Position numbers and translations under genes: made by a program. From Antedon mediterranea (Eukaryota; Animalia; Echinodermata): a DNA stretch of 64,000 nt. A model generated the notes under the pieces. That model did not search any database. It was not told where the DNA came from and saw only the letters and a program-made list of their open reading frames with translations. This document shows, piece after piece, positions 63,101 to 64,000 of the stretch. The DNA is taken from assembly GCF_964355755.1 (NCBI RefSeq), contig NC_092674.1:14074001-14138000 (forward strand), in the 5' to 3' direction. The first letter of the stretch is position 1. Each line of letters starts with the position of its first letter.

Positions 63101-63736
63101 CTAATATATCTATGTGATGAATTTAGAAATAAATAGTCTACTAGGTTATTAAGTAAAAGCAAAGATTAAACCTTGTGTACAAAATATAATAAAATAATTT
63201 ACCACTGTTGGAAGTCGTTGTTTTAGTAACGGTCTAAAAGAAATAAATTACAATTATTAATAAGCAGGTTAATGTGAATAGTATTATTATTTTACCTAAT
63301 TTATATATATTGTGCATTGTTTCTAAAATCATGTGACTACGTCATAAAACTAGATTACTTTAATCTTAAATAGAATCAGGTCTAACTTTATTATGTATGC
63401 GCATACAATATAACGTCGTTTTATATAATATGTAAAGAGTGTGTATTTAACTAAACATTGTACAATATTAATGTGATCATCTTCTTACACTGTTATGATT
63501 CAATAATCATTATACATTATTTTGTAAGGTTGTGAATATTATATAAATATAGAGCTAAAAAAGAGAAAACATATTCAGACAATGTTAAATTGAAGCAAAA
63601 CGGTTTAAAATATATTTACCTTTTGAGAGGAAACTTTTCGTATCATACCACGTACTTTTCTCGCGAACCAAAATGTTTCTTTAGACTTCGGATGCACCAC
63701 CTCCTCTTGATGTGGCTCGTTCATTGTTGTTTTGAT
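50915..63736 (-). CDS. ROCO-family protein, ROC GTPase-COR-linker-Death domain; 5' end probably outside the window
   Basis: Exons on minus: 63620-63736, 63203-63233, 62114-62148 (these three tentative), 60760-60932 (KIWDHGGQ), 59920-60009 (AVYLVVFDMS), 59430-59609 (ILIVGTHKG), 58257-58499 (FAVENS, IPLKW), 57837-58031 (FLYDLGDII), 57170-57352, 55739-56050 (FFVPLRL), 54962-55039, 54498-54699, 53949-53993, 53754-53783, 51381-51395, 50915-51192. Open frame from 60932 to the stop. Confidence 0.85.
51656..53409. mobile_element. AcademH-like non-autonomous element with 9-bp TSD in a ROCO intron
   Basis: Termini TAGTCTGGG / GCAAGTCTA, TSD TGGTATACT at 51647-51655 and 53410-53418. Confidence 0.7.
52188..52971. 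mobile_element. Nested TIR element with tandem GTCAACTCGGCC subrepeats and 8-bp TSD (one mismatch)
   Basis: Inverted arms 52188-52330 vs 52805-52971; flanks CCCTGTCG / CCCTGTTG. Confidence 0.8.
56076..56589. mobile_element. Kolobok-like MITE about 25 bp from a ROCO splice acceptor
   Basis: TTAA|AGATCTATTGTCCC ... GGGACAATACATCT|TTAA. Confidence 0.8.
56777..57095 (-). mobile_element. Non-autonomous Helitron-like element, copy C (short, internally deleted)
   Basis: Shares both ends with copies A and B (CGCTTCGCTCGCGTACCATCTAGGTCGTGCCC and GCCCTTATGTAAATT..ATATAGA). Confidence 0.75.
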
Positions 63737-64000
63737 CTATGTGGTGCAGTTGAAAAAGAATATTGTATTTTATTAAGTTTGTATTATTCTTTTATTACTA
63801 TGCGTAACTAATGAATTGAAAAATCAGTGGCTATCAAAGATGATCAATTTCATCCGGCCTCTAGTATGTTCCAGTTGATGCGGAGCGGTCGGCGATTTCG
63901 TTCTATTAAGGCCAATAAGGCACCATTTAAAAATAGTTCCTTTCCAGGAGCTATTAGAGCATTAAACATCATGTAGACACTTTTTGTAATGTTTTTGTTT

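Overview
AT-rich, intron-rich, transposon-dense animal DNA, probably from a marine invertebrate deuterostome such as an echinoderm (inference only). Three multi-exon host genes were reconstructed by hand from GT-AG boundaries. (1) An integrin beta subunit on + (9203-21788, 14 exons, N-terminal exons not found) has intact splice sites and frame but two in-frame TAA stops, so it is probably a young pseudogene or null allele. (2) An apparently intact 10-exon SLC22 organic cation transporter lies on + (26951-38430, about 551 aa). (3) A ROCO gene on - (ROC-COR-linker microexons-Death domain, about 63736 to 50915) has degenerate GTPase motifs and no P-loop inside the window. The rest is nested mobile DNA: a Rex1/Babar RT fossil, a split THAP gene, a MULE transposase fragment, two Russian-doll clusters of TIR elements with resolvable TSDs (Kolobok-, Sola3-, Academ-, MULE-like), Helitron/HINE-like elements, a 5S-tRNA-Deu composite SINE, and a full tRNA-like cloverleaf with an ATC anticodon inside a (TA)n-anchored direct-repeat unit. 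No CRISPR or prokaryotic system is present. Coordinates were counted by eye and may be off by a few bases; no database searches were run.
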